A DNA stretch of 64,000 bases from the NCBI RefSeq assembly GCF_964213995.1, contig NC_135823.1:37386001-37450000 (forward strand), given 5' to 3'. This document shows positions 32,349-44,212 of the stretch, in pieces. The position numbers and the translations under genes were made by a program. Position 1 is the first letter of the stretch. Each line of letters begins with the position of its first letter. Under the pieces are notes generated by a model. It saw only the letters and a program-made list of their open reading frames with translations, made no database searches and was not told the DNA's origin. The DNA is from Mustelus asterias. Taxonomy: Eukaryota.

Positions 32349-34480
32349 GAAACATAGAAAGAAACGTAAAAAAACTACAGCACAAAACAGGCCCTTCGGC
32401 CCCACAAGTTGTGCCGAACATATCCCTACCTTTTAGGCCTACCTATAACCCTCCATCCTATTAAGTCCCATGTACTCATCCAGGAGTCTCTTAAAAGACC
32501 CTATTGAGTTTGCCTCCACCACCACTGACGGCAGCCGATTCCACTCGCCCACCACCCTCTGTGTGGAAAAACTTCCCCCTAATGTTTCCCCTGTACCACC
32601 CCCTAGCACCTTAAACCTGTGTCCTCTCGTAGCAGACATTTCCACCCTGGGAAAAAGCCTCTGAGAGTCCACCCGATCTATGCCTCTCAACATCTTATAT
32701 ACCTCTATTAGGTCTCCTCTCATCCTACATCTCTCCAAGGAGAAAAGACCGAGCTCCCTCAGCCTATCCTCATAAGGCATGCCACTCAATCCAGGCAAAT
32801 CTTGTAAATCTCCTCTGCACCCTTTCAATCTTTTCCACATCCTTCCTGTAATGAGGCGACCAGAACTGAGCACAGTACTCCAAGTGGGGTCTGACGAGGG
32901 TCTTATATAGCTGCATCATAATCCCCGGACTCCTAAACTCAATCCCTCAATTGATAAAGGCCAGCACACCTTATGCCTTCTTAACCACCTCCTCCACCTG
33001 TGGGGCTGATTTTAGAGTCCTATGGACCCGGACCCCAAGTTCCTTCTGATCCTCTACAGTACTAAGAGTCTTTCCCTTTATATTGTACTCCTTCATCCCA
33101 TTTGACCTGCCAAAATGGACCACCACGCATTTATCTGGGTTGAAGTCCATCTGCCACTTCTCCGCCCAGTCTTGCATCTATCTATGTCCCTCTGTAACTT
33201 CTGACATCCCTCCAGACTATCCACAACCCCACCAACCTTCGTGTCGTCGGCAAACTTACCAACCCATCTCTCCACTTCCTCATCCAGGTCATTTATGAAA
33301 ATGACAAACAGCAAGGGTCCCAGAACAGATCCCTGGGGCACACCACTGGTGACCGACCTCCATTTAGAAAAAGACCCATCTATACCCACTCTCTGCCTCC
33401 TTTGGGCAAGCCAGTTCTGGATCCACAGGGCAGCAGCCCCTTGGATCCCATGCCCTCTCATTTTTTCTAGAAGCCTTGCATGGGGGACCTTCTCGAACGC
33501 CTTGCTAAAATCCATATAAACCACATCTACCGCCTTCCCTTCGTCAATGTGTTTAGTCACATTTTCAAAGAACTCCACCAGGCTCGTAAGGCACGATCTG
33601 CCTTGACAAAGCCATGCTGAGCATTCTTGAGCACACTAAACCTCTCTAAATGCTCATAAATCTTGTCCCTCAGGATCTTCTCCATCAGCTTACCAACCAC
33701 TGAGGTTAGACACACCGGTCGATAATTTCCTGGGCTATCCCTATTCCCCTTCTTGAAAATAGGAACCACATCCGCAATCCTCCGGCACCTCTCCCGTCTC
33801 CATCGACGACGCAAAGATCATCGCCAGAGGCTCTGCAATCTCTTCCCTCGCCTCCCACAGTAACCTGGGGTACATCCCATCCGGACCCGGCGACTTATCT
33901 ATCTTGATGCCATTCAAAGATTCCAGCACAACCTCTTTCTTAAAGTCCACATACTCAATCTTTTCAGTCCACTGCAAGCCCACAGTACATCCACCCATGT
34001 CCTTCTCCTCTGTGAAAACCGAGGCAAAATACTCATTAAGCACCTCTGCCATTTCTACTGGTTCCATACAGACTTTCCCGCCTTCACCTTTTATAGGCCC
34101 TATTCCTTCACGTCTCATCCTTTTACTCTTCACATATTTATAGAATGCCTTAGGGTTTTCCTTAATCCTACCTGCCAAGGCCTTCTTGTGACCCCCTTCT
34201 GGCTCTCCTAATTTCCTCCTTTAGTCTCTTCCTACAAGCCGTATACTCATCTAGATCCCTATCTTCGCCAAGCTCTCCGAACCTTTTGTATGCTTTCCTT
34301 TTCTTCTCGACTAGTTCCCGCACAGCTTTCGTGCACCATGGTTCTTTTAACCTACCAACTCCTCCCTGTCTGCTCGGAACGTTGTCCTGTAGAACTCTAG
34401 AGAGACATTCCTTGAAAAACTGCCACCTCTCTTCAGTACATTTCCCCGAGAATACCTCCTTCCAATTTACTCCTCTAATT
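32349..34480 (-). mobile_element. CR1 LINE ORF2 fragment (~2.1 kb, frameshifted)
   Basis: Chain of minus ORFs from 34168..34491 to 32439..32873, with [35 protein letters not shown]. Confidence 0.95.
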
Positions 34481-34530
34481 GTGCTTTTCAAGTTGTCTTT
34501 CTTTCAGTTTTCTGACACCCTTTTATTTCT

Positions 34531-35037
34531 TTTAGAATCCCTACAGTGCAGAAGGAGGCCATTCGGCCCATCGAGTCCGCACCGACCAGAATCCCACCCA
34601 GACCCTATTCCCACATATGTATCCTGCTAATCCCCCTGACGTTAGGGTCAATTTAGTATGGCCAATCAACCTAACCCGTACATCTTTGGACTGTGGGAGG
34701 AAACCGGAGCACCCGGAGGAAACCCACGCAGACACGGGGAGAACGTGCAGACTCCACACAAATAATGACCCGAGGCCAGAATGGAACCCGGGTCCCTGGC
34801 ACTGTGAGGCTTAACAACACCAGGTTAAAGTCCAACAGGTTTATTTGGTAGCAAAAGCCACACAAGCTTTCGGAGCTGCAAGCCCCTTCTTCAGGTGAGA
34901 GATTTCCCACTCACCTGAAGAAGGGGCTTGCAGCTCCGAAAGCTTGTGTGGCTTTTGCTACCAAATAAACCTGTTGGACTTTAACCTGGTGTTGTTAAAC
35001 TTCTTACTGTGAGGCAGCAGTGCTAACCACCGTGCAG
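34531..35037 (-). mobile_element. HE1-like V-SINE with CR1-type tail, interrupted at 34811-35005
   Basis: V core plus tail GGTGCGGACTCGATGGGCCGAATGGCCTCCTTCTGCACTGTAGGGATTCTA on the minus strand. Confidence 0.88.
34811..35005. mobile_element. Penelope pLTR-derived perfect fold-back element
   Basis: 89-bp perfect inverted arms (34811-34899 / 34910-34998), 10-nt loop, TSD ACTGTGAGGC (34801-34810 / 35006-35015). Confidence 0.92.
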
Positions 35038-35464
35038 CCATTTGTGCAGTTCTTGTCTAAAGGTTTGGTTTATGGTCCTTGCGTTTTAAACCTAGAAACT
35101 AGAAGCAGGAACAGGCCATTCGGCCATTCAAGCCTGCTCCATCATTCAATTTGATCATGGCTGATCATCAAATTTAATATCCTGATTTTCCCCCACTTCC
35201 TCCCATATCCCTTAATCCCTTTAGCCCCAAGAGCTATATCTAATTTCTTCTTGAAATCAGACAACATTTTGGCCTCAACTACTTCCTGTGGTAGCGAATT
35301 CCACACATTCACCATCCTCTGGGTGAAGAAATTTCTCCTCACCTCAGTTCTAAAAAATTTACCCCTTATCCTCAAACTATGACCCCTAGTTCTGGGCTCC
35401 CCCACCCCTGGGAACATTCTTTCTGAATCTACCCTGTCTAACCCTGTTAGAATTTTATAAGTTT

Positions 35465-36458
35465 TGTTGTACCTGTTAATTCTCAGATACTTTCAACCAG
35501 TTTACTTACTCCAAGCTTTTACCCTGGTGCCCTTATTTGCAAGATGGACAAAGCACAAACACAAGTAAAGGTTCAACAAGCTTATTAATAATAACACTAT
35601 TAACCCTTAAATTACCCACATAAAACAAGAGGATACCCCAGCAGATTCAAGTATACTACCCGTAAAGATGGTTTGGTTGAACTGCAGGTCCGATTCTCTG
35701 AGTCCCTCTGGTCCGTCGTCACGAAGGTGACTCTCGATGGCCGCTTCTTCCTTCCTTCCTTCCTTCTCTGGTCAGTCTTCCGAATGGTCACGGCCGTCTC
35801 CTTCGTCGGGTCTTCGCTGCAGTGTGACTCAAAGTGTGTCCCTTTGTCCCCCAGCCTGCTTGCCTTTCCAGAAACTTCTCTGGCTTCCGGCCAATGAGGT
35901 CCCAGGAGGGGGTTCCAGTACCCAGTAGGTTTCTTGATGTCTGCCTGACAGGACACCAGGGTCCGCCCCCCAGCTGTCCATCTCCATGTTGTTGAACTTG
36001 TTAGTCATGATGTGGAGATGCCGGTGTTGGACTGGGGTAAACACAGTAAGAAGTTTAACAACACCAGGTTAAAGTCCAACAGGTTTATTTGGTAGCAAAA
36101 GCCACCCAAATAAACCTGTTGGACTTTAACCTGGTGTTGTTAGACTTCTTACTGTGTTGAACTTGTTATCAGATAAGGTATCTACAGGAACTCTTGGTGA
36201 CAGAAAGTCTGGCTCGATCTGCGCTTCTAACAATAGGCCGATGCATTTCAATGAGGTGCCATGATCTCCTGCTAAGTCTCAAGTAGAGTGTAACGACCTT
36301 TGATGGGTGGTTGATGGGTCAGGCCCAGACACGTTTGTGTATTTGTACAATTGGCCTGCCTGAGGTTTGACTGTGTTTGATTTCAATGTGCCCAATTCTT
36401 CAATTTAGGATATCCAATTGTATCAGCCTTAAAACTAGGCCCTGTTTATATCACCACA
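35465..36458. mobile_element. Probable solo LTR (Gypsy/ERV-type)
   Basis: 994-bp insert starting TGT and ending ACA, flanked by 4-bp TSD GTTT (35461-35464 / 36459-36462), no recognisable coding domain. Confidence 0.7.
36004..36154. mobile_element. Penelope pLTR-derived fold-back miniature inside the LTR
   Basis: TGATGTGGAGATGCCGG head, inverted arms, 14-bp TSD TGTTGAACTTGTTA (35990-36003 / 36155-36168). Confidence 0.87.
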
Positions 36459-37912
36459 GTTTCTATGAGATCCCCCCTCACTCTTCTAAACTCCAGTGAA
36501 TATAATTCTAACCAACTTGGTCTCTCTTCATATGACAGACCTGCCATCCCAGGAATCAGCCTGGTAAACCCTCGCTGTATTCCCTCTGTAGCAAGGACAT
36601 CTTTCCTCAGTTAAGGACACCAGAACTGCACACAATACTCCAGGTGTGGCCTCACAAATGCCCTATACAATTGCAGCAAAACATCCCTATCTCAATACTC
36701 AAATCCTCTCACTATGAAGGCAGACATACCATTTGCCGCCTTTACTGCCTGCTGTACCTGTGTGCTTACTTTCAGCGACTGATGCACAAGGACACTAAGG
36801 TCTCACTGAGTATCCACCTCTCTCAATTTACATCCTTCAAGTAATAATCTGTCTTCCTATTATTGCTACCAAAGTGGATAACCTCAAGTTTATCCACATT
36901 ATACTGCATCTGCCATGCAGATGTCCACACACTCAGCCTGTCCAGATCACGCTGAAGCATCTCTGCATCCTCCTCACAGCTCTCCCTCCCACCCAATTTT
37001 GTAACATCTGCAAATTTGGGGATAATATATTCATTTCCCTCTTCCAAATCATTAATATATAATGTGAACAGTTGGGATGCTAGCACCGATCTCTGTGGAA
37101 CCCCACTGGATAACGATACAAAATCACTTTAATCTGGTGTCACATCCACAAATGTATGATCCTGCTAGTATATAAAACTAATTGACCAAATGATCAGCTA
37201 ACAGCCAAGTGCGTGTTTCCTCTCAGTGGATCTACTAAGGGTCTTGCACGATTGCACAATCCTAATTCTGCCCCCATGTGTTTGTTACTATCTGTATAAA
37301 CTGTCTGAACTCTTCAATTTGTTCCCAGCCTTGAATCAGCTTCTCCTGGGCATTCATCATTCTACATTTGACTTTGTTTTCTTGTTGCAGAGTCCAATTA
37401 ATTGGGTAACTGAAAGTGAACGACTGGACAAACAGAAGGCCTAGCTTCTGCCTGGGCACTCCCAAGTGATGGAATGGCTCTAATGTAGGGAAACTCAGGT
37501 GTTCTGAATGATATGTGTTCACCTTTGGTCTGGTCTGCTGCTGCTCTACACTGAGTGATTCACTGTGTGTCCGGGTAGTCTTCACTTCACCAATTTTAAA
37601 TCATAAACTGGCTTTGCACAAAGCCAGAAAATTAGAGACTGGGAACATACCATATTTATTCTAGAAATTATTTCTGTGGTGAAATGTTAAATCACTGAGT
37701 GTCCTACACATCTTAACCAGGTTTGACCCACTTATAAAATGGAAAAGAGCTTAGATTGTGACCAAGTATAAAGATTATATGTTTTCTCTCTTAAGAATTC
37801 ACTCACACTAGACTTAATGTTTGTGTTAAATGTCCTTTAGACTGACTGCCACCTGCTATTTGCACAGTTCATCACTGTTTAATCTGTTTAATTACCAATA
37901 TTACTTGGGACA

Positions 37913-38085
37913 AAGACAGAAAAATGCTGGAAACGCTTAGCAGGTCTGACAGAATCTGTGGAGAGAGTAGAGCCAACATTTTGAGTCTAGATGACCCTTC
38001 GTCAGCTGCTGTCAGACCTGCTGAGATTTTCCAGCATTTTTCTGAATTTGTTTCAGATTCCAGCATCTGCAGTATTTTGCATTTA
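37913..38085. mobile_element. Second Penelope-like pLTR family, fold-back remnant
   Basis: AAAATGCTGGAAA...AGCAGGTCTGACAG / CTGTCAGACCTGCT...TTTCCAGCATTTT inverted arms; minus-strand CTGACGAAGGGTCATCTAGACTCAAAA. Confidence 0.72.
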
Positions 38086-39653
38086 TCCTATGGGATCCTT
38101 GCTGATGCAGTGCAGCATACAGCTTGCTCAGGGGCAGAATTCATGGTTGGGGGGGGCTTCTGGTAGAAAAATGTGCAGCATTGTTTCAGCGCTTTGGCTG
38201 TTTCTTGGATGTTGATGAGAACTGGGGGGTGGGACAGGGGTGTTGATTGTGAGGGGCCAACCCTTCCATCAAACCAGTGGTGAGGCTTAGTTACCAAAAT
38301 GTATCCAGTTTATTTGAAAGATCTGTTTCATTAAAGACCAATTCTTCAACCCAGGCACGTTGTCTGATGAAATGGTGTGACTGAAAGAGAATTGGCTGCA
38401 CAGGGCACCAAGGGCAGAATTTTTTTTAAAAACTGACAGAGAAAAAAATTAGTTTTTGAAGCCACTTCCCCGAGCATGCCATGTGAGAAATTTAACCCAG
38501 GTGTGGATATGTGCATTTATGGTCGTGTGTAGTTATGTAGACTTTGAATGTCCTTAGTTAGAAGGAATCCAGATTTTGAGGCTTTCAGGCAAGCAAGTAG
38601 GGTCCAAATGGGTGTTGCTTTAGGGCACAGGAGCTCTCTGGTCATTTGGTTGCTTTTGGTTTCCCTGTGGCTAATGGGTTTTGGATAATTGGGCAGGTAC
38701 TTTCCTACCTCCTAAGGATACCTGTTTGACTCTCTTGAACTGTTCAGTCTGATGTGGAAGGCATCAGACAATCCCAAAACTGAGGATAGAGATCATCTCC
38801 TAACAAAAGTTGTACAATACTTTGGACAACGGGACTACATTGTACATTGATCTTGAAATTGTCCATCAAATCTCTTTTTCCTCTCTTCTCCCTCCCCCCT
38901 CCTCTTTTGGAATGGTTCTGCTTCCTGCCAGTACTTCTCATTGATAGTAAATGCGTTATCTGGGGTTAGGCACGTGGATAATAGGAGGTGAGAGCTTGCA
39001 ATGTAACACTTGGTGACTCATTGTATTGGTGCAGCAGTACCAGAAACACCCCAGATTTAATTGCCATCAGTATTGCTTGATGCTGTATATATTGTGCAGT
39101 CTCAGTGTCCACCAGCCCCAGCCATGATGCACATTCTCTGAGCACACTCAAATTTACTGCTGTTTCCAACTGTGTATGCAGTGTACCTTGCCCTTCAATG
39201 GACAACTGGATTCTGTTCATTATTTTCCTGTCAGTTCTGTTCAGCACTGCTTCCAAACAGGTTCCCTGTGCAATGCACTGTGCCTGCAATGCTCCAAAGG
39301 AAACTGGAGGACACTAGAACACTATGTGGATCTGCTGTGTCAGTCACATCTGTCAAAGAATTAAGAATGAGAAAGTTTTATATGCAAATAATCATGATTA
39401 TCCTGTTTTTGTGCATTCATAAAAATGTTCCTTGAAATAAAACTGATAAATTGCAGCCAAGAAGGAGTTTATAGATCACAGAGGGTAGGTGAGGGAAATA
39501 TGTATACAGCAGTATTTAATTTGCAGCAGACACTCAAGGTACACATGTCTGCAAGCTTTAGACTCACAACTTTGCAACACAGAAGGAGGCTATTCAGCCT
39601 TTTGTGCCTGTATCAGTTCTCTGAAAGAGAGATCCACTGTTCCCCATTGGATG

Positions 39654-39815
39654 AAGGCAAAATGCTGCTGATGTTGTAATCTGAAACAAAAACAGAAAGT
39701 GCTGGAAAATCTCAGCAGATTCAAGGGTCAACCTGACTCGAAACGTTGGCTCTATTCTTTCTCCACAGATGCTATCAGACCTGCTGAGATTTTCTAGCAT
39801 TTTCTCTTTTTGTTC
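39654..39815. mobile_element. Second Penelope-like pLTR family, fold-back remnant
   Basis: TGCTGGAAAATCTCAGCAG / CTGCTGAGATTTTCTAGCA arms; AAGGGTCAACCTGACTCGAAACGTTGGCT. Confidence 0.72.
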
Positions 39816-40581
39816 CACTTTATCCCAAAACCCTGCCATCTCACTGTTTTCTCTTCTAAATATTTATATGCTCGCTTCCCATTTAAACTATTAAAAAGTA
39901 TTTGGGTGTGACAGAGTTGATGCAGCAGAGGAGCAAGGTTTGAATAGCTTTTTCCCACTTCTGACTGTTCTTCTGCCCAACAGCTGCTCTGCCTACCCCT
40001 CAGGTGACTGCTGCCGACTGCCAGTGAGATCTTCAACTTGTGCCAGATGGTTGGCGGTTTTGCACTGAGGCCTCCTCAGTTCTGTTACAGATGAAGCAGT
40101 CGCTGGCTGCCCCCACCCCCCGCACCCAAATCTTACGTGATTTATATTGCACTTGTGGGCATCCCTGGCTAGGCCAGCATTTGTTGCCCATCCCTAGTTA
40201 CTGTAATAAAATATCCCAAGTTGCTTCATGGGGTAATAGGACATAATTTGACAAGAAGCCACGTAAGATATTTGGTCAAATTACTTACAAACTTTGTCAG
40301 ATTAATAAATTTTAAGGTACATGGTAAGCTTGAGGGAGGGATTTTAGGAGCTTGGACTTGAGCCCAGACAATTGAAGGCATGGCGGATGAAGAAATTGGG
40401 GAGCTGCAAGAAGCCATTGTTGGAGGAATGTAAAGTTCAGAGGATTGTAGGATTAGATAATGAGACTTATTGCAACTCTGGAACACCATACAATAAATTA
40501 TTTTACTTTTGAGTGCAATAAGATGAAAGTGTAGTTATTTACTGATGTTGACCATTGCACAGCTGTTTTCTTTAAATAGTG

Positions 40582-40639
40582 TAAGAGTTTTAACAACACC
40601 AGGTTAAAGTCCAACAGGTTTATTTGGGAGCAAATACCA
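40582..40639. mobile_element. 58-bp single-arm Penelope pLTR fragment
   Basis: TAACAACACCAGGTTAAAGTCCAACAGGTTTATTTGG with 14-bp TSD TTCTTTAAATAGTG (40568-40581 / 40640-40653). Confidence 0.85.
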
Positions 40640-40700
40640 TTCTTTAAATAGTGCCAGAGGAGAGTAAACATAGAAAACTGCCCCCCATCCCAACACAGAG

Positions 40701-40886
40701 CTCCCTTAGTACTGTCCCTCTGCCAGTGCTGCGCTCCCTTGGGACTGTCCCTCTGCCAGTGCTGCGCTCCCTTGGGACTGTCCCTCTGCCAGTGCTGCAC
40801 TCCCTTGGTACTGCCCCGCTGCCAGTGCTGCACTCCCTTGGTACTGCCCCGCTGCCAGTGCTGCACTCCCTTGGTACTGCCCCTCT
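40701..40886. repeat. 33-bp minisatellite, ~5.5 copies
   Basis: ACTGYCCCKCTGCCAGTGCTGCRCTCCCTTGGK; gives 11-aa periodicity in the overlapping ORFs. Confidence 0.92.
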
Positions 40887-41264
40887 AAAGCAGAGACGAG
40901 TCAATTGCTGATTTTTATTTCATTTGCTGATTGACCAAGATACTATTGACACAGATGTGAGGCTCTAAATCAAACAGCATTGTAATGAAGCAGGTACATC
41001 TCCTTGCCTGTTCACCCCATGGGCATAGCTGCGTGGATTATCTGTTTTGTGAAAAAATGCCCCATCAGGCTGGGTGGCACAATAGGACAGGTTAGAATAA
41101 TAACCTAACTAGTGTCTCTGAGATGTTCATGAACAAAGGAAAATGAAGTTTAGTTTGCACGGTCATAAACTGCTCCCCCTTCAGTATGCAGCAACTCTTC
41201 AACATAACCTGCCTCAGCCTTGGTACGCGTCAAAACATTGTGACCTCTTCCTTGGTAGTAGTCA

Positions 41265-42470
41265 TCAGCTGTCCCTCGATTCAAGGATTACATCTACCTC
41301 CAAGTGTGAGTTTCTGCCATGGATCTTCATTGACTCAACAGGCTGATTCTCGACCCCCAGATCTTTGGGCACATGGGGCAGGAGCTCCCATGAGATAGTG
41401 GGATCTGAGTGCAGGATTTACTTCCTTTTCTTCTTGGCTGCCACTCTACCTCATCATTAAGACTTCTAATTCAAAGTGTGATGCAGCTTGAGGAACAAGT
41501 TGTTCTCAGCTTGAATGATTGGTAGCAAGTTCCTCCCAATCAACAGTGTCAATATGTCAATGCCGTCATATACTTCAAGATTCAAGATGTCTTTGAGGCA
41601 TTTTTTTTGTGTGTGTGTGTGTGTCCACACACACACAACATTGGCCATTTGAGAGTTGGGAAAACAGGATCCAGCGCTTTGGAACAGTGTCCAATCCGTT
41701 AAAATTGATTTTGCAGGAGTTTTTCCTAAATGATTGTGGTTTCAAGAAAGCAAGCAGCATTTGTTCCATATTTCTCTCATTGAATCTAGAGGATGTGCCA
41801 GAAGCATTGCTGATGGAATTTCTCTAGCGTTTTTATGAGTTGTTGATAAACAGTCGAGATGACGAGGTCAGCCACTCTACTCAGACCTTTGTTGACTTGC
41901 AGAAGTCTTTGTTGCCAAAACACTCGCTGCTGTAATTTGTAGAAGGCTGGACTGATTCAAGTGTCATGGTGTTGGACCTCAGCAGCCACCTCTCTCAAAA
42001 GGCCACCATTGATGATGAGGTGTAGGAGGTATTCAACATATTCCAGAATCTCTCCAACATATATGGGAGGTGGAATATTTGACTGACCTAGTGTGGTTAA
42101 TGAGTTTTGCTTTGGCAACATCACGAGTTTGTCAGCAAAATTGGAGAGATCAAAAGTGGTTTGCAAACCTGGTGCAGAGTGTGGGCAATGATACCGCAGT
42201 TATCTGCAAACTGTATCTCTATGGTGGTCAGTTTAGCTTTGGCACAAAACTTTCCACCTAGACAGTATTTAATACTGACACCAAAAGGCAGCTGCGTCTC
42301 ACTGATCCAGTTTCTCGGAGTCATATTAAATCCTATATGCAGAACAGGATCATAAATGGAGCCTTTGGCATGGATATAAAGCATCATGTTCCCAACTGTT
42401 TAATTCAGAACCATCTCCACTGTCAATGCTTTAATTATTTTACAGAAACATTACAATGATTTTCTATTTT
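41265..42470 (-). mobile_element. Degenerate RTE-clade LINE (RT to 3' end)
   Basis: AKAKLTTIEIQFADNCGIIAH; ILEYVEY; 3' end shared with 27140-27685. Confidence 0.72.
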
Positions 42471-43344
42471 TGACTGTCCATCCCTGTAAGCATCCCTCTA
42501 CTTCCTGTCAACTACCTGAACTTCTCCCTCTCCCAAGAGGTTGCTTGCCACAAGGTCATGAAGGGTCTCAGCCAACTCAACATTGGGATTTCATCAGGCT
42601 GCCTTCTAACATTGCTCCATCTGCATAGGGCTACTGGGAATCATAATTCAGATAAAGCATACTCGGGCAAATTCACATAGGAAATAGGACTAGGAACAGA
42701 CCATTCAGGTCCCTCGAGTCTGCTCCGCCATTCAACTAGCTGATTTACCTCAATTTTCCCACATTATCCCCATAACCCTTGATATCTTTAATATCTAGAA
42801 ATCTATCAATCTCTTGTGAACATACTCAACGACTGAGCCTCTATAGCCCTCTGAGGTAGAGAATTCCAAAGACCTGAGTGAAGAAATTCCTCCTTATCCC
42901 AGCTTTAAATGCTTACATCTTTTTCTGAGAAATATATCGTTCCTTCATTATTGCTGGGTTGAAATCCCAGAATTCCCTCCTGTGGGAAACAGCACTGTGG
43001 GTGTACATACATGGACTGCAGCAGCACGAGAAGGCAGCTCACCACCACCTTATGAGTAATTAGAGGTGGACAATTAATGCTGGCCTAACCAGCAAAGTCC
43101 ACATCCCTTGAATAAATAAATAAATTAACTCTCATCTGAAAAACAGTGCAACACTTCCACAGTATTGACATGCCAGCCTGGATTATATACTCTTATAGTC
43201 TCTGGGCTATGCCTTTTGGCACTCTAGTGGCATCCCTACCTCTCAGCCAAATGCTCTGGCTAAGGAAGTTGCATTCATTCAAACAAAGTTGCTAATCAGC
43301 CTGTAAATCCTTCTATTAAGCCTGATGGCAGACAGTAAGAATCA

Positions 43345-43677
43345 GAGAATCATTGCAGTGCAGAAGGAGACCATTTGGCCCATCCAGTCTGCACCAACTC
43401 TCCGACAGAGCATCTTACTCAGGTCCTATCCATAACACCACATATGTAGCCTGCTAATCCCCCTTAGCTACACATCTTTGGACACTAAGGGGCAATTTAG
43501 CACAGTTAATCAACCCAACCAGCACATCTTTGGACTGTGGGAGAAAACCGGAACTTCCGGGAGGAAACCCATGCAGACATGAGGAGAACCTGTAGACTCC
43601 ATACAGACAGTCATCCAAGACCGGAATTGAACCCGGGTCCCTGGCGCTGTGAGGCAGCAGTGCCAGCCACTGTGCCA
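43345..43677 (-). mobile_element. HE1-like V-SINE with CR1-type tail
   Basis: Reverse complement of TGGCACAGTGGCTGGCACTGCTGCCTCACAGCGCCAGGGACCCGGGTTCAATTCC...GATGGGCCAAATGGTCTCCTTCTGCACTG. Confidence 0.85.
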
Positions 43678-43939
43678 GGGAATTACCCGCACAGCCACAA
43701 CTGCAAGAGACAAAGGCAAGAAATCAGTCCATTGGAAGTCCATGACTGCTAATGCCCTTTGGGCATAGGACCTGAAGGGAAGGGGGGGGAGCATGAACAC
43801 AATTTTCTGTCTCCAAGGCAAAGCTGGTCCCCACTGAGCCATAGCTACCAGAGACCTTGTACCCAGTGAGGAGGCAATGTGTTGTAGGGGGGGAGACAGG
43901 AACCTTGAGCAGAGTGACACTGACTCAGCAGCAGCTCAG

Positions 43940-44200
43940 CTCCCGCCCCTTTTCTCTCGGTTGCCCAGGAAGTAGCGGGCAGGGGGGTTGAGCAGCGCTG
44001 TGATTGGCTGGCCGGGCTGTCAATCAGGTCGGTTGCTAGGCAGCCGCATTTAAACCGTTCTGTCCCGGCATGCAGCCCAGGCTGGGTTCTATTTAAATGA
44101 AAGCAGCCAATAGGAAGCGGCGCTGGGCTGCCTAACCGCCGGCGCTGCTGATTTGAATCAGAGCCCGCGAGCAGTGGGCCGGGACAGACGCTGCAGCTTC
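43940..44200 (+). promoter_or_regulatory. PLK1 G2/M-type promoter (CCAAT boxes, MYB site, CDE/CHR)
   Basis: ATTGG 44003-44007, CCAAT 44107-44111, TAACCG 44133-44138, GC-rich CDE-like GCGCTG 44142-44147, 4-nt spacer, CHR TTTGAA 44152-44157. Lies in a CpG island. Confidence 0.8.
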
Positions 44201-44212
44201 TACCCCCCTGTA

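Larger units (their letters stand above)
35092..37109 (-). mobile_element. CR1 LINE 3' part, split by an LTR-like insertion (pieces 35092-35464 and 36459-37109)
   Basis: ORFs 35142..35417 and 36823..37086; the sequence rejoins as ...TTTTATAAGTTT|CTATGAGATCCCCC. Confidence 0.88.

Noticed and set aside
35612-36044. ORFs within the LTR-like insert
   Set aside because: Short, overlapping on both strands, and without gag/pol/env motifs.
37110-40500. Hidden gene between DCTN5 and PLK1
   Set aside because: Only short ORFs without recognisable domains or a consistent exon chain; a non-coding transcript cannot be excluded from sequence alone.
40701-40886. 33-bp repeats as a CRISPR array or repeat protein (ORFs 40498..40866, 40644..40904, 40651..40911)
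   Set aside because: The units are contiguous with no unique spacers, no cas genes are present, and the context is vertebrate. The ORFs are by-products of a stop-free unit whose length is divisible by 3.
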